In this document: piece after piece, positions 44,195 through 56,260 of the stretch
How the letters are laid out: every line of letters begins with the position of its first letter
How positions within the stretch are numbered: the first letter of the stretch is position 1
Source: Caecitellus pseudoparvulus
Taxonomy: Eukaryota; Protista; Bigyra: Bicosoecida
Direction of reading: 5' to 3'
Length of the DNA stretch: 64,000 nucleotides
Assembly (NCBI GenBank): GCA_965644315.1
Contig: CBFFRQ010000056.1
Span: forward strand, 457,423 to 521,422
Translations under genes and position numbers: made by a program
The notes under the pieces: generated by a model
Seen by the model: only the letters and a program-made list of their open reading frames with translations
The model's database searches: none
What the model was told of the DNA's origin: nothing

Positions 44195-46665
44195 CTACCG
44201 CTCAGCGTCAGCCTCACGCTCCCAGGGGTAGTCCTTGACATCTGCGCCGCCCAGGCGAGCCATGCTGCCCACCTCCTCCACCTGGGCAGCAGCCTTCTCC
44301 AGGCGTGCCTCCGTCTCGGCGAAGTCTTCAGGCAAGTAGGGCGCTCCGTACAGTGCAGAGTCCTTGTCCCACTTCGACGCCGTGCGGCGCTGGGTGCCCG
44401 GCGGCGGGAACGACGCCACGATGTCCCGGATGTCACTGGCGTTGATGGCCTTGGAGTCGAACATGCCTGCTGTGGCCATGTGTGACTCCACCCGGCGAGC
44501 CTCGTCGTACATGCCCGCCTCAACGACGGCATTGAAGACATCGCACAGCCGGGCGGCGTCAGGGACAACGGGTCCCCCGAACCACTTCGGGTGGGCCATA
44601 GAGGTATAGACGTCCCACACCGTGTCGGCGTCCACTGAGGGGGCAGCCAGGAAGCCGTCCAGCAGGGCGTGCCAGGTGTCCTGGGAGATGGCCACGACGC
44701 TGTGCAAGCGCATGGCCGACCACAGCAGGTGCAGGGGTGCAGCGGAGCGGCTGGCTGCTGCGCCAGTGATGAGGACTCGGAACACCGTGTCTGAGGGGCG
44801 CAGCTGGGCATGGCGCATGCGGTTAAACCAGTGGAATGCACGTTGGATGTCCCCTTCTGCCACGGCGGCTGCCATGAGCGGTGTGTAGCAGTGGATGTCC
44901 ACGGCCCCCGCCAAGTCTGCGTTGCTGGCCATGGCGCTGAACGCAGCTTCGGCAGCCTCCACATTCCCCAGCACTCCAGCCGCCTTCAGGGCTAGCTTGA
45001 AGGTTTCGGCTGTGAACTCCCCCCGCCGCGTAAGGACATCTTCCAAGACCACTGCGAAGACCTCCGCGGAGCCAGCCGACGCAGCAGCATCCAGTGCGAT
45101 GTGCGTGGCGATGTAGTCCGGCACAGTGCTCTGCCCACGCACGTGGTCCCACAGGCTGAAAACTGTCAGCAGGTCCTTCGCGCGGTATGCCTGCAGCATG
45201 CGGAAGTGGTGGGGCTTGTACGCTCGAGAGTGGGCCAGGGAGCCTGGGAGGGGTGCCGCCGCCTCCTGCTGCGCCTGCAGCTCAGCGCCACCGGGCACGT
45301 AGTCTGCTGCCACCAGGACGTCGTCCAACTCCCCAGCGACACCACTAGAACCGGACGCGCCTTGCATGCCTTTCTGCAGGTGCTCCGTCTTGTGGTCCCG
45401 GAACAGGGGCCAGTTGTCCTCCTGGTCCTCGGGGTCCGACATGTAGTCTGAGTCGTTAGGGTCTGTGATGGGTGGCCTGAAGTTGGGGTCTCGCGGCCAG
45501 GACTCCCCGTCCACCTCCTCCACTGCTGCCGCCAAGCTACGAGCGCCTGCCAGGTCAGCATCCTCCTCCCCGTCCTCTTCACCCTGCCCATGTGGTGCAG
45601 CAGCAGCCTCTGCGCCCGGGCTGGAGGCAGCGACTGTGGAGGCATCACTGGCATCGTGTGCGGCGGTCAGGGCCGACTTGGGCAGGCGCCACTCGCCGGA
45701 GACGGCTGGGAAGGCGGTCTGCCCCAGCAGGCGTTGGGTCGTGTCGTCCACCTTGCTCGCCTCTGTCAGCAGCGGCAGCAGCAGCCCACGCAGGGCAGCG
45801 GTCTGCTCTGGTGTCTGCTGGGAAGCCTCGACATCTGCTGGCAGGCTGGACAGGTCGATGTTCAGGGTCGTGTCCTCAGGCCCGCTGCCATCAGCGGCCT
45901 CCTGCAGGGCGCCGGCGAAATCCTCCACAACGCCCTCTCCCTGCAGCAGGGATGCCCAAAAGTCACCCTTGGAAAGCTCTGCGTCGACAAGCTTCTTGAA
46001 AGTGCGTTCCTGCTCCTTGTTCACGAGGGGGTCGCCGCGAAGGTAGCGCTCTGCAGAGGTGGGAGAGACGTGCCGTGCGTGTGTGCGGAAATAGCGTGCC
46101 TGCGCCAGCGGTCTAAACACTCACCAAAGTCCGCCACCAGGCGCGGGTGAGCGCGCGTGGCCTCCTCCAGAGTGAACACACCAGCAAGCATGTCGCTGGT
46201 ATCTACCCCCACTGCCGCAGCGGCACTCTCCAAGTCCATCGCACCACCCGGCACAGGAGGGTCCGCAGTGAACATGGCCGGGTCTTGTCCGTAATGCTGG
46301 CGCACCTTCCAGCCATCGTAGCTCACTTTGCTGCCATGGGGTGCCCCACCTTGTGCTGCTTGTGCCTCGTAGTACCCAGCGTGGTGTGGCTTCAGCTCCT
46401 CCGGCACAATGGTGGCTTCCACCGCAGCATCAGTGCTGTCACTGGCGTGGGAGCCTGCCAGCACCTGGGCAGCCTCGGACGCCGCCTGGCCTGCTGCCGC
46501 CTCCTCTGCAGCTGCTGCAAGCTCCTCAGCCAGCATGCTCTCCACACTGGCCTTGGAGGCTGCGAACTCGGCAGCAATCGTGGAGGCCGCGCGGCTCAAG
46601 CCCGCCAGCGCCTTGCCAGCTGGGCGGCCAGCCCTGAGCTGCAGAGCCCCCAGCATGGCTGACAT
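44195..46665 (-). CDS. Pentatricopeptide-repeat protein, probably mitochondrial (intron ~46051-46125)
   Basis: Tandem 35-aa PPR-like motifs (e.g. DIHCYTPLMAAAVAEGDIQRAFHWFNRMRHAQLRP); Arg/Ala-rich presequence-like N-terminus MSAMLGALQLRAGRPAGK. Confidence 0.8.
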
Positions 46666-46789
46666 GGATGAGGCGGCGAGCGGGTGAAGGCTGCCGGGAA
46701 GCGTACTGCAGCGAATATGCCGTGGCGGGGCGGGGTCTGAGTGGGTTGGATTGTTGTGTTGCGGGCCGCATGATGTGCCGGCGGCGCCG

Positions 46790-49450
46790 TCACTCCTCCC
46801 CCGCACTGTCCATGTCGTACAGCTGCGCCATCACCTTGCGGGCCACGGCATCTGGTGGCGGGGGCCCGGTTCGAACCCGTTTGGCTGCCCGACGCCGCTG
46901 CCTGCTCCCCTCATCCTTCACCTGGTTCTCCATGTCCACCAGCACCGCCACGAGCGCCTGGCTCGGCAGTCCTTTCATGCTCGCCTTCACACTGGCTGCC
47001 TCTGTGTTCAGCACCAGCAGCACGCAGCCTTGCAAGGGCAACTCCAGCCGCAGCACCTCATTGCGCTCCTCCAAGTCCTTGTACAGCAGCCGGAAACCCG
47101 CCTCCTGGTGGGGGCCCTCTTCTGGGCGCAGGCGCCAGTGCTGCTTCAGGAGCTTGTGGCCTTTGCGGGGGCGAGGCCACCAGCGCTTCACTGCCTGGGC
47201 GTCCACGCGGGAACCCACTGGAAATCGAACACGGGAGGGAATCACGAGCTTGCTGTGCTCTGGCACGCCAGACACGGGCTTCCACAAACAGCTGAACGTG
47301 GCTGTCTGGTGGTGGCTCCCGCTGAATCCAAGTGTCTCAGCAGCCACTTGGCTGCGTGGCTGGGACGTCAGGCAGGCCACGTTGCTGGCGTGCCCCCCCC
47401 CCACCAGGACTCAACAAGGACGACGAGCCAGCCATGAATGGGTCGTACTGCTTGAGGGGAGGGGACGTAATGGCCGAAGCCGCCTCAGCTCCCCCTGCGC
47501 TGGCCTTGCCCAAGAACTGCGGGAGTTGGTGGCGCACCGCCTCCAGAGGCACATGGATGTCAAAGCCTTCCATAAGGCGGTATGCAATCATACCCGGCTG
47601 GCTCGGCAGCTCTGGCATGGGCACACCTGGCGGCAAGGTCATCTGCCGAGGCCGGGGAGGGGGAGGCGGCTCAACTGACGGCTTGTAGGGCGTCCTTTCG
47701 CGCTGCTTCGGCATCCGTGGGGAACGGTACTGAAACCTGTGGCTGGGAGATCCGAACACACCGTGTACATCCACATCTGCACCGCCTGAATCAAGAACTG
47801 GCCCTGCCAAGGATCCCCCGCCGTCGCCCCAGGCATGCTGCCTGGCCCCCTGAGTCGGAAGGCCGACGCTGGACGCCGTGGGCCCACCCAGAACAGGAAC
47901 GTAGTTGGACGAGGGCCTTGCTGGGGACTCGCCAGCGAACGAGGCACCCCCCCCGAAATCGAACTCCCCAGCGTCTGCTTCGGCCAGCACAGGCGTGGCA
48001 TGTTTGGACTGCCCCGCCCTGCGTTGCTGACTGGCACCATACCCCCCGACCCTGCTCCCGCCCTGCCGGCTGACTGACTGCCTCGAAGGCACTTGCACAT
48101 CATTCCAAGCTTGTCTACCGGACGAAGCTAGTCGGGGATCTGCCTTGGGTGGTGCTTGATTCGTCGCACGGGCACCGCCGCCCCCACCGAAGTCAAACTC
48201 ATCACCGGAGTCCCCGCCGCCGCCGCCACCTGACGGCGCACCCACACTCCCGCCCCCACCATACCCTCGACCGCCCACGCTGGGCGCCGCCGCTGGTGCT
48301 CGTGCAGGCTTGCTGCTGTGGGATGGCGCAGGTGCGCCGCCGCCCCCACCGAAGTCAAACACGTCACCCGAGTCCCCACCGCCCCCGCCCCCGCCACCTG
48401 ACGGCGCACCCACACTCCCGCCCCCACCATACCCTCGACCGCCCACGCTGGGCGCCGCCGCTGGTGCTCGTGCAGGCTTGCTGCTGTGGGATGGCGCAGG
48501 TGCGCCGCCGCCCCCACCGAAGTCAAACTCGTCACCGGAGTCCCCACCGCCCCCGCCCCCGCCACCTGACGGCGCACCCACACTCCCGCCCCCACCATAC
48601 CCTCGACCGCCCACGCTGGGCGCCGCCGCTGGTGCTCGTGCAGGCTTGCTGCTGTGGGATGGCGCAGGTGCGCCGCCGCCCCCACCGAAGTCAAACTCGT
48701 CACCGGAGTCCCCACCGCCCCCGCCCCCGCCACCTGACGGCGCACCCACACTCCTGCCCCCACCATACCCTCGACCGCCCACGCTGGGCGCCGCCGCTGG
48801 TGCTCGTGCAGGCTTGCTGCTGTGGGATGGCGCAGGTGCGCCGCCGCCCCCACCGAAGTCAAACTCATCACCGGAGTCCCCGCCGCCGCCGCCACCTGAC
48901 GGCGCACCCACACTCCCGCCCCCACCATACCCTCGACCGCCCACGCTGGGCGCCGCCGCTGGTGCTCGTGCAGGCTTGCTGCTGTGGGATGGCGCAGGTG
49001 CGCCGCCGCCCCCACCGAAGTCAAACTCATCACCGGAGTCCCCACCGCCCCCGCCCCCGCCACCTGACGGCGCACCCACACTCCCGCCCCCACCATACCC
49101 TCGACCGCCCACGCTGGGCGCCGCCGCTGGTGCTCGTGCAGGCTTGCTGCTGTGGGATGGCGCAGGTGCGCCGCCGCCCCCACCGAAGTCAAACTCATCA
49201 CCGGAGTCCCCGCCGCCCCCGCCGCCGCCACCTGACGGCGCAGCAGGCTGCACCACCTGAGATTCAAGCTGTCGTTGTTGCACTGCACCAGATGTCAACC
49301 ATGCCGGCGTGATATCCCGCCGTTGATTCGGTCTGCGTCGGATTGCCGCCTGCACCAGTGAGGAGCGCAAGCGTTGCAAAGCCCATAGGGAGAAATCAAG
49401 GCAGCGCAGCACGAAAATATCCCGGCCCAGAGTAGGATTACGTACCATGC
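46790..49450 (-). CDS. Hypothetical protein with Gly-rich DEFDF repeats (multi-exon; 5' end unresolved)
   Basis: ORF 47337..49448 probably splices to ORF 46790..47404. Confidence 0.55.
48172..49243 (-). repeat. Coding tandem repeat, 162-168 bp unit (54-56 aa), 6 full copies plus a partial
   Basis: Unit APSG(n)DSGDEFDFGGGGGAPAPSHSSKPARAPAAAPSVGGRGYGGGGSVG; copies are near-identical. Confidence 0.95.
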
Positions 49451-49968
49451 AATAAATTTACTGAAGTCATGCGAGTTGGACGGCTTGCTGTGGTGTGCTG
49501 TAGCTGTTGGTTTCGCCTTCGCTATCTCCGCTTGGGCTTCGCAGGCAAGCGCCACCCCCACTTCGCCAGGCTGGAATGCAATGGAAACAGGAGGAGGAGT
49601 CACAGGAGAAAAGCATGGATTCTGAAGGCTCAGGGGGACTTGACAGAGTGTTTGATTTGCTGGGATACGGTCTCGCCTGTGAGCTGCAGGGCTCGTGCCG
49701 ACGCAATCGTTGCTGAGGGACGGGGTGGCAGGCGCACAGACAGGCTGGAACAGCAGCATGAGGCACACACTCCCAAAGTCTCCATGCAATTTTCGGTGCT
49801 TCACTGCGCCAGGTACGGCTCACACATGCGTGCGCAAGGCGTCGATGTGCTGGCACCACACTTTTTCGAAGGCGAATTCCGCATTTCACATCAAGCCGGT
49901 TCAACTGTCGCCCCCTGCCTCACCTGGACAGACTTCTCGGGGGATATCCCAAGAGCTCACTAATAGCC

Positions 49969-52900
49969 ATGATCTCTGCAAGCAGGATGCCGGCAGTGCC
50001 AGCATCTTGGCGTGGCAGGGTGTCATCGGTGGCATTGCGGTGCTTCGCCAGCTCCCCTGGGCTCTTGGGGTTGCCGTGGTTGCACAAGCCTGCCGACCTA
50101 CAGGCGGCATCTGCCGCAGCAGTTGAGATGTGTGATGCGCTGACCATGCCTCTGCACGCCCTTGCAGCAGCGCCTCCACCTAAAGCAGTGCGCAAGCCCG
50201 GCGCTTTCTCCGGCTTCGAAGACGATGTCAGCGCTCGGGTGTCCGCCGCCACCTGCGCCATCGCGGACGCCGACCCGCAGCGTGTGGCTGCGACGGTGGA
50301 CGCCATTTCAGATGTGCTGTGCAGGGTGGTAGACGTGGCCGAGGTGGTGCGGACGCAGCATGACGACCCCAAGTGGCGCCGCGTCGCAACGGAAGCACAC
50401 GGGCTGCTGTCGCAGCGCATCAACGCACTGAACGCTGACCGGGGTCTGTTCTTGGCCCTGGACCGCGCTCTGCGTATTGATGCAGGGAAGTTTGCGGGTT
50501 CCTTGACCCCCGAGGCGCGTCACGTCGTTCGTGCGTTGCTCACCGAGTCACTGCTGGGAGGGCATTCCCTGCCCACTCCACAGCGCAAGCAGCTGTTGGA
50601 AGCCCTCACAGAGGCGCAGCAGCTGGCCACGGCATACTACAACACACTGCATGGCATTGTGACAGAGTTTGAGCTGCCCGACGTGAACGCTCTGCGGGAC
50701 TTGCCTGCCGCAGCGTTGGCTAACAACCCCGCTGCCGGCGCGCTGCTCAGGGGCGGCGCCTCGGGACCCGTCACTCTGCCTGGAGACGATGGCTTGGCGC
50801 ACGCCATCGTGGCACACTGTCGCTCCAGCCCTGCTCGGGCGGCGGCGTGGGTGGCCCTGAACCCCAAGGGCAGCACAGCCCAGAAAGTGCTGGAGCGCCT
50901 GGCCGAGGTGCGGCATGGCCTGGCGCGCACCCTGGGCCTGCGTAGTTTCCTGGACTACGCCTTCCACACCCGGGTGGCCAGGGCACCGGAGGACGTGTTG
51001 CTCACACTGCACTCCCTGTCAGCCAAGTTGTCGCCCTTGGCACAGCGGGAGTTGCGCGACATGGGGCTGTGCCTTGACGAGTCGCGGGGAGACGACGTCC
51101 GCCCGGCAATGGCGCCATGGGACATCCAGCACGCATCAGGTCGAGCAGCATCCAAAGCAGTGCAGGCAGCAGCGGCAGACGTCTCCTCCTACCTGTCCCT
51201 GGCCTCCGTGTTGCACGGCATCCGACTGGTGTCCCACCGTGTCCTGGGTGTGGCCTTGGTGCCCGTGCCCACGACAGCCACGGAGGTGTGGGACGGCGGG
51301 CAGGGCTCTGTGCGCAAGTTCGCGGCCGTGGACGTCGAGAGCAAGGCGTTTCTGGGCCTGCTGCTCATTGACCCGGTGGCCCGGGCCAGCAAGTTGTCCG
51401 GCGCGGCGCACTTCGTCGTGCGCTGTGGGCACGCACCATATGCTGGGCAGACCCTGGCTGACCCGCCCGGCACAGCGGGGCCCGTGTGGAGGCGCTTCCC
51501 ATGGGGTGACGGCGATGTGCACCTGCCAGCGGACCAGGGGGCGGCAGTGCCTCCGTCAACTTCCGCCGCTTTGGCTGGCGTATTGCACTCCGGCGCCCAG
51601 TGGCCGGGCGGTCTGGGAGACATGGAGGAGGTGGCGGCACAGGCCGCCCAGGAAACTGCAGCTTGGGCCGATGGGGAAGAGTACGTGCCCCCCATCGTGG
51701 CTGTGTCTGCCAGTGTCGTGCCATGGGCAGACCATGAGGAGGCGGTGCGCCTGCACGACTCCGAGGTGCACCACCCGCAGCCGGAGGGGGGGACAACCCC
51801 TCGTGGTGGTGCTGCATGGGGCTGGCTTGGCAAGCTGGTGGGCAGCACAGACGACGGGGACGTCTCGCCAGGGCAGGATGCTGTGTCTGCCGCGGTGCGT
51901 CCGTACATCGACGCAGCGGATGTGGCGAACCCGCCGAAGTGGGGTGACGCCACCAGTGCCGCCGATGCCGCAATCACGGTGCAGGCGGGGCGCGCCGAGA
52001 CACTGTTCCATGAAGCTGGCCACGCCCTGCACTCGCTGCTGTCCCACACTCGCTACCAACACTTGAACGGGACACGGTGCCCGCTGGACTTCGTGGAGCT
52101 GCCCTCGCACCTGTTCGAGTACTGGTTCCGGGAGCCACAGTGCATGGCGGAGTGGGCGTGCAAACCCGACGGCACCAGCATGCCCTTGCAGCTGGCTCAC
52201 CGCCTGAAGGTTGCGAGGGCAGGTTTCAGCGCTCAGGACATGCAGAGCACCCTGGTGCAGGCGCTGACGGACTTGGCGCTGTTCTCCCACAACCCAGCTG
52301 CCGTGGCGGCGTCCCGCTGGGACCCTGACACGGGCAAAGTGTGCTACCCTGAGCCCGGACAGGAGCTGGGCGCTCTACGAGAAGCGGTGCATGCGGCAGT
52401 GGTGCGCAGCGTGGCGGGCGGGGCGTTGGCGGAGAGTGAGGGGGCCGCCGTGGCAGGTGCGCTGGGCGTGCCCACCAGCATGCAGGCGCCGACAGGCTCG
52501 GCAGCGGGCCGTACCCCGCCACCGAGCTGGGTGACGGGGGACATTCCCCCCACTGCGGGGCAGCTGGTGGCTGGACCGGAGGGGACCCAGCCCCCGGAGG
52601 TACCCTCATCCCTCCTTCACGCCGCAGTGCTGGGCCTGCACTCGGAGACGGCACATGTGCCCGGCACGGCGCCACACGTAGGCTATGCGCACGCAGTCAA
52701 CTACGGCGGCGGCTACTACACGTATGTGTACGCCCGCCTTATGGCAGCGGCGGTGTGGGCCAAGCTGTTCAAGCGGGACGCGTGGAGCGCCACTGGCGGC
52801 GCCCAGTGGCGGCGGCTGCTTCAGCGCACGGGGCAGGTTCCGGCAGAGGAGGCCCTTGCGGAGGTGCTGGGGTTCGACCCTTTTCTGGAGCCCCAGGCGC

Positions 52901-52974
52901 TGGTGGAGCCGTTCTTGGAGGAGCTGCGCGGTGCGACGGCAGGCGTCGAGGAGGTGGGTGCCCCCCCAGCCTAG
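49969..52974 (+). CDS. MIPEP: Mitochondrial intermediate peptidase (peptidase M3A)
   Basis: D.ISD.LCRVVD.AE..R..H, K.SGAAHF..RCG, TLFHEAGHALHSLLS.T.YQH..GTRC.LDFVELPS.L.E, H...YGGGYY.Y motifs; presequence-like N-terminus. Confidence 0.9.
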   Translation: MISASRMPAVPASWRGRVSSVALRCFASSPGLLGLPWLHKPADLQAASAAAVEMCDALTMPLHALAAAPPPKAVRKPGAFSGFEDDVSARVSAATCAIADADPQRVAATVDAISDVLCRVVDVAEVVRTQHDDPKWRRVATEAHGLLSQRINALNADRGLFLALDRALRIDAGKFAGSLTPEARHVVRALLTESLLGGHSLPTPQRKQLLEALTEAQQLATAYYNTLHGIVTEFELPDVNALRDLPAAALANNPAAGALLRGGASGPVTLPGDDGLAHAIVAHCRSSPARAAAWVALNPKGSTAQKVLERLAEVRHGLARTLGLRSFLDYAFHTRVARAPEDVLLTLHSLSAKLSPLAQRELRDMGLCLDESRGDDVRPAMAPWDIQHASGRAASKAVQAAAADVSSYLSLASVLHGIRLVSHRVLGVALVPVPTTATEVWDGGQGSVRKFAAVDVESKAFLGLLLIDPVARASKLSGAAHFVVRCGHAPYAGQTLADPPGTAGPVWRRFPWGDGDVHLPADQGAAVPPSTSAALAGVLHSGAQWPGGLGDMEEVAAQAAQETAAWADGEEYVPPIVAVSASVVPWADHEEAVRLHDSEVHHPQPEGGTTPRGGAAWGWLGKLVGSTDDGDVSPGQDAVSAAVRPYIDAADVANPPKWGDATSAADAAITVQAGRAETLFHEAGHALHSLLSHTRYQHLNGTRCPLDFVELPSHLFEYWFREPQCMAEWACKPDGTSMPLQLAHRLKVARAGFSAQDMQSTLVQALTDLALFSHNPAAVAASRWDPDTGKVCYPEPGQELGALREAVHAAVVRSVAGGALAESEGAAVAGALGVPTSMQAPTGSAAGRTPPPSWVTGDIPPTAGQLVAGPEGTQPPEVPSSLLHAAVLGLHSETAHVPGTAPHVGYAHAVNYGGGYYTYVYARLMAAAVWAKLFKRDAWSATGGAQWRRLLQRTGQVPAEEALAEVLGFDPFLEPQALVEPFLEELRGATAGVEEVGAPPA

Positions 52975-53145
52975 CCATAACGGCAGGGCTGCAGTGAGCG
53001 AATGCACGGTGCAACGCACTTTCCATCTACACCAAAAACTATCAGATGACAATATGCTGTCTATTGTCTGCATTCCGCATCGCTTGGCTGGTCCGCCAAC
53101 ACACACACGTATCACGCTTCGCTCACTGCAGTCCGCCTCGCAAGG

Positions 53146-55110
53146 ATGAGTCGGGCAAGCGACTGGGAGCGCGTGGCCAAGGGCGCTGTCATGGTGTTGA
53201 TGGAATTCGGCAAAGTAAACGTGCGTGCCTGGTCCCTGCGCTACGTGGGGCGGTCCATGCATGCTGCACTCACGTCATGTCAATTTCCGCACCCTCCCCA
53301 GCAAGGCAAAATACTGCCAGCGACGCAGCAGCTGGCGCGACACACACGGGACCTCGGTGCCATGGCTGCACGATCGCTGTCCAGGGCAGCCGCAGTGGCG
53401 CCGATCGTGCCTCCAGTGCCGACCGCATCAAGTGCGCCGTCGAACACTGAGGTGGCGCAGGAGCCCTCCCCTCCGCAGCGTGCCGCGGAGCCTGTCTGGG
53501 AGGCCCCCCCACCGCCCACTGACTACCAATCACCTTCATTGGTCACAAAGCACCCTGCAGTGCCTGATTCTGCGGCTCTGGATGCCCCCACCTTCGATGC
53601 GACGTCGGCCCCCACTCCGGCACCCACTAAAGCACCTACTCCGGCACCCACTCCGGCCCCCGCCTCTGGCTCGACTCCGGTAGAGCACGCGGCTGAGCCA
53701 CCACAGGGTTCGACAGTGGCGCAGCCTGAGCCCTTTCAGTTCCAAGAGCGGGCAGTGCCCTCCACCTCGTTTGGGCGGGCGTTTGGATTCGGCTCCATGG
53801 CAGCAGGCGTGGCAGCCAGTGTCGCTGGCAACTGGGCCGGCCGTGCGCTGGGGTGGGGTGGGAGCCCCGAGCCGACATCAGGCATGCTGGACAGCGCGTC
53901 TGCAGAGCGCCTGGCGGCAGGGCTGGCACGCATGCGGGGCGCGGCCTTGAAGCTGGGGCAGATGCTGTCCATGCAGGATGAGAGCGCCCTGCCACCAGCT
54001 GTGGCACAGGCCTTGGCGCGGGTGCGCCAGCATGCGGACATCATGCCGGCCAGGCAGCTGGACACGGTCATGCGGGGGAACCTGGGGGACGACTGGGAGG
54101 AACAGTTCACGTCGTGGTCCAGCACCCCCGTCGCGGCGGCGTCCATCGGGCAGGTGCACAAGGCAGAAGTGCAAGGCAAGCCAGTGGCGGTGAAGGTGCA
54201 GTACCCAGGCGTCGCCGAGAGCATTGATTCTGACCTCACGAACCTGGAACGCCTGCTGGTGTTCGGGCAGTTCATCCCTCGCGGCCTGTACCTGGAGAAC
54301 ATCATCCAGACCGCCAAAGTGGAGCTGCGGCGCGAGTGTGACTACGTGTACGAGGCGCAGTGCCAGGAGCGATTCAGGGACATGTTCGCAGATGACCCCG
54401 ACTTCGTCATCCCCAAAGTGCTGCCCTCTCACAGCACGGAGCGGGTGCTGACCAGCGAGTGGCTAGACGGCAAGCCGCTGGACCAGGTGAAGGACGAGCC
54501 GCAGGAGGTGCGGGATGCCGTCGGGCGCCTGTTGCTGCGTTTGACGCTGCTGGAGCTGTTCGAATTCCGCTTCTGCCAGACTGACCCCAACCCCAGCAAC
54601 TTCTTCTACATCCCCAGCACGTCGGGAGGCGCAGCTGGGGCACGGCTAGGGCTGCTTGACTTCGGTGCCAGTCGTGAGTACAGCTCTGAGTTCATTGACG
54701 AGTACTTGAAGTTGGTGTGGGCGGCGGCCAACGATGACCGCGCGGGCATCATCGACTCCTCCACCCGCCTGGGGTTCCTCACGGGCATGGAGAGCTCCGT
54801 GATGCTGGACGCCCACGTGGAGGCGGGCATGGTGGTGGGCGCGCCCTTCCGCAGCGACGCGCCGTACGACTTCGCCACCTCCGACATCACGCGGGAGGTG
54901 GGCAAGCACGCTGAGGTGTTCGCGTCGCACCGCCTCACGCCGCCGCCGGAGGAGGTGTACTCCCTGCACCGCAAGCTGGCGGGCTGCTTCCTGCTCTGCA
55001 TCCGCATCGGCGCGCGCTTCCCCTGCCGGGACATGCTGCGGGCCGTGGTGGAGACACACCCCTGGCGGGGGGGTGATGCGCCTCAGGGGGTGACCGGGGG
55101 GTCCTCCTGA
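53146..55110 (+). CDS. COQ8: COQ8/ABC1 (ADCK3/4) atypical kinase; probably an in-frame intron ~53221-53301
   Basis: ER.VPS....R...[66 protein letters not shown] motifs. Confidence 0.95.
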   Translation: MSRASDWERVAKGAVMVLMEFGKVNVRAWSLRYVGRSMHAALTSCQFPHPPQQGKILPATQQLARHTRDLGAMAARSLSRAAAVAPIVPPVPTASSAPSNTEVAQEPSPPQRAAEPVWEAPPPPTDYQSPSLVTKHPAVPDSAALDAPTFDATSAPTPAPTKAPTPAPTPAPASGSTPVEHAAEPPQGSTVAQPEPFQFQERAVPSTSFGRAFGFGSMAAGVAASVAGNWAGRALGWGGSPEPTSGMLDSASAERLAAGLARMRGAALKLGQMLSMQDESALPPAVAQALARVRQHADIMPARQLDTVMRGNLGDDWEEQFTSWSSTPVAAASIGQVHKAEVQGKPVAVKVQYPGVAESIDSDLTNLERLLVFGQFIPRGLYLENIIQTAKVELRRECDYVYEAQCQERFRDMFADDPDFVIPKVLPSHSTERVLTSEWLDGKPLDQVKDEPQEVRDAVGRLLLRLTLLELFEFRFCQTDPNPSNFFYIPSTSGGAAGARLGLLDFGASREYSSEFIDEYLKLVWAAANDDRAGIIDSSTRLGFLTGMESSVMLDAHVEAGMVVGAPFRSDAPYDFATSDITREVGKHAEVFASHRLTPPPEEVYSLHRKLAGCFLLCIRIGARFPCRDMLRAVVETHPWRGGDAPQGVTGGSS

Positions 55111-56077
55111 CCCCCACCGCCCCGCGCTGGCAGCTCGTCCCGGACCAGCAGCGACATGCGCCGCGAGCGGTGGATGTCCACCGTCCACACCCCGTTGGCG
55201 TCCGGCTGCGCGTGGCGGTAGGGGCTGGCTGACGCCTTGGCCCCGACGGCGCACTTGCCAGCTGCCCAGTCGGACGGGGACAGCGTAGTGCGGTGGGGCA
55301 CACTGCCCTGCAGCACAGCGTGCGTCCATAGCCGACGGCACTCGCCAGACATGACGTACAGAGAGCGCCGCGGCAGCCACACTTGCAAGCTTTCCCTGTG
55401 CCCCGAGTCACCTGCAGCGATGCTGCGTTGCACGGCTGCATGCTGCTCCGCTGACAAGTACTCTTCCGGAGCCTGCTGAAACTTCATGATCCCATCTGAC
55501 AAACAGGAGATGCCGATGATGTGGTCTCCAAAGAACTTGACGCTGTCCACATGCGGCAAGATTGCACCCTGGGGCGATAAATCCAGCACGTGCACAGCCG
55601 GCTGCGGCTTCACACCTTCAGGCAAACAAGCGGCAGCTCTTGCGATGGGGCCCTTCACGCTCTCAGGCAGTTCTGAGAATGGCTCCATGAACTCTCGATA
55701 GTGCTGGATAGCGGCGTCGAAGTGCCCTGTGCTCAGACTGCGTACTCGGCATCATAAGTGGCGTGCACATGGCCCCGCGGAAATTGGTCCACTCACGGCA
55801 GCGCCTGCACCCGTGCGTGGAAGTGCCTGGTCAACGCATACTCCTCCGCAGGCGTGATGAAATCTGGAATCAGCTCAAGTCCCCACTCTGCGAGGCTGTC
55901 CACGCTTGGAGCTCGTGTCTTGTCGACATAAGCGCTGATGCGGAAGGCATCATCGCTGCTGCACAAGCCTGGTCCAGGTGCCGTGCTGAGCCACTGGCGC
56001 CCGATGCTGCCTGGCCGGCACGGAAGGCAGCACTTGTACGAGGGCATACCTCCCCGGCAAACCCGCGCGAACCACAT
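55083..56077 (-). CDS. ALKBH7: Alpha-ketoglutarate-dependent dioxygenase AlkB homolog 7 (two exons; intron ~55738-55796)
   Basis: DFIT.AEE..L, HFDAAI.HYRE, HVLDL...[27 protein letters not shown]...R motifs. Confidence 0.88.
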
Positions 56078-56260
56078 TTTCTGCAAGCAGGGTCTAAATC
56101 GGGTTGGGAGTGTCGTGTGTGTGCAAATTTCAGAAACCTCCCTGAAAACGACGCCAATGTTCAAGCAGGAGCAACTTCCATCGCCAAACCCTGCACAAGA
56201 GAGAATGCTCCCGCAGGGTTCTACAGCTTACGTGTGTCGGATCGGTTTTGTTGCAGGAGG

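Noticed and set aside
46860-46890. GGTTCGAACCC resembling a tRNA T-arm
   Set aside because: It lies within a coding exon and has no cloverleaf around it.
48128-49312. Extensin-like Pro-rich ORF on the + strand and other frames of the 168-bp repeat
   Set aside because: These are confined to the repeat. Only the minus-strand DEFDF frame extends into unique flanking coding sequence.
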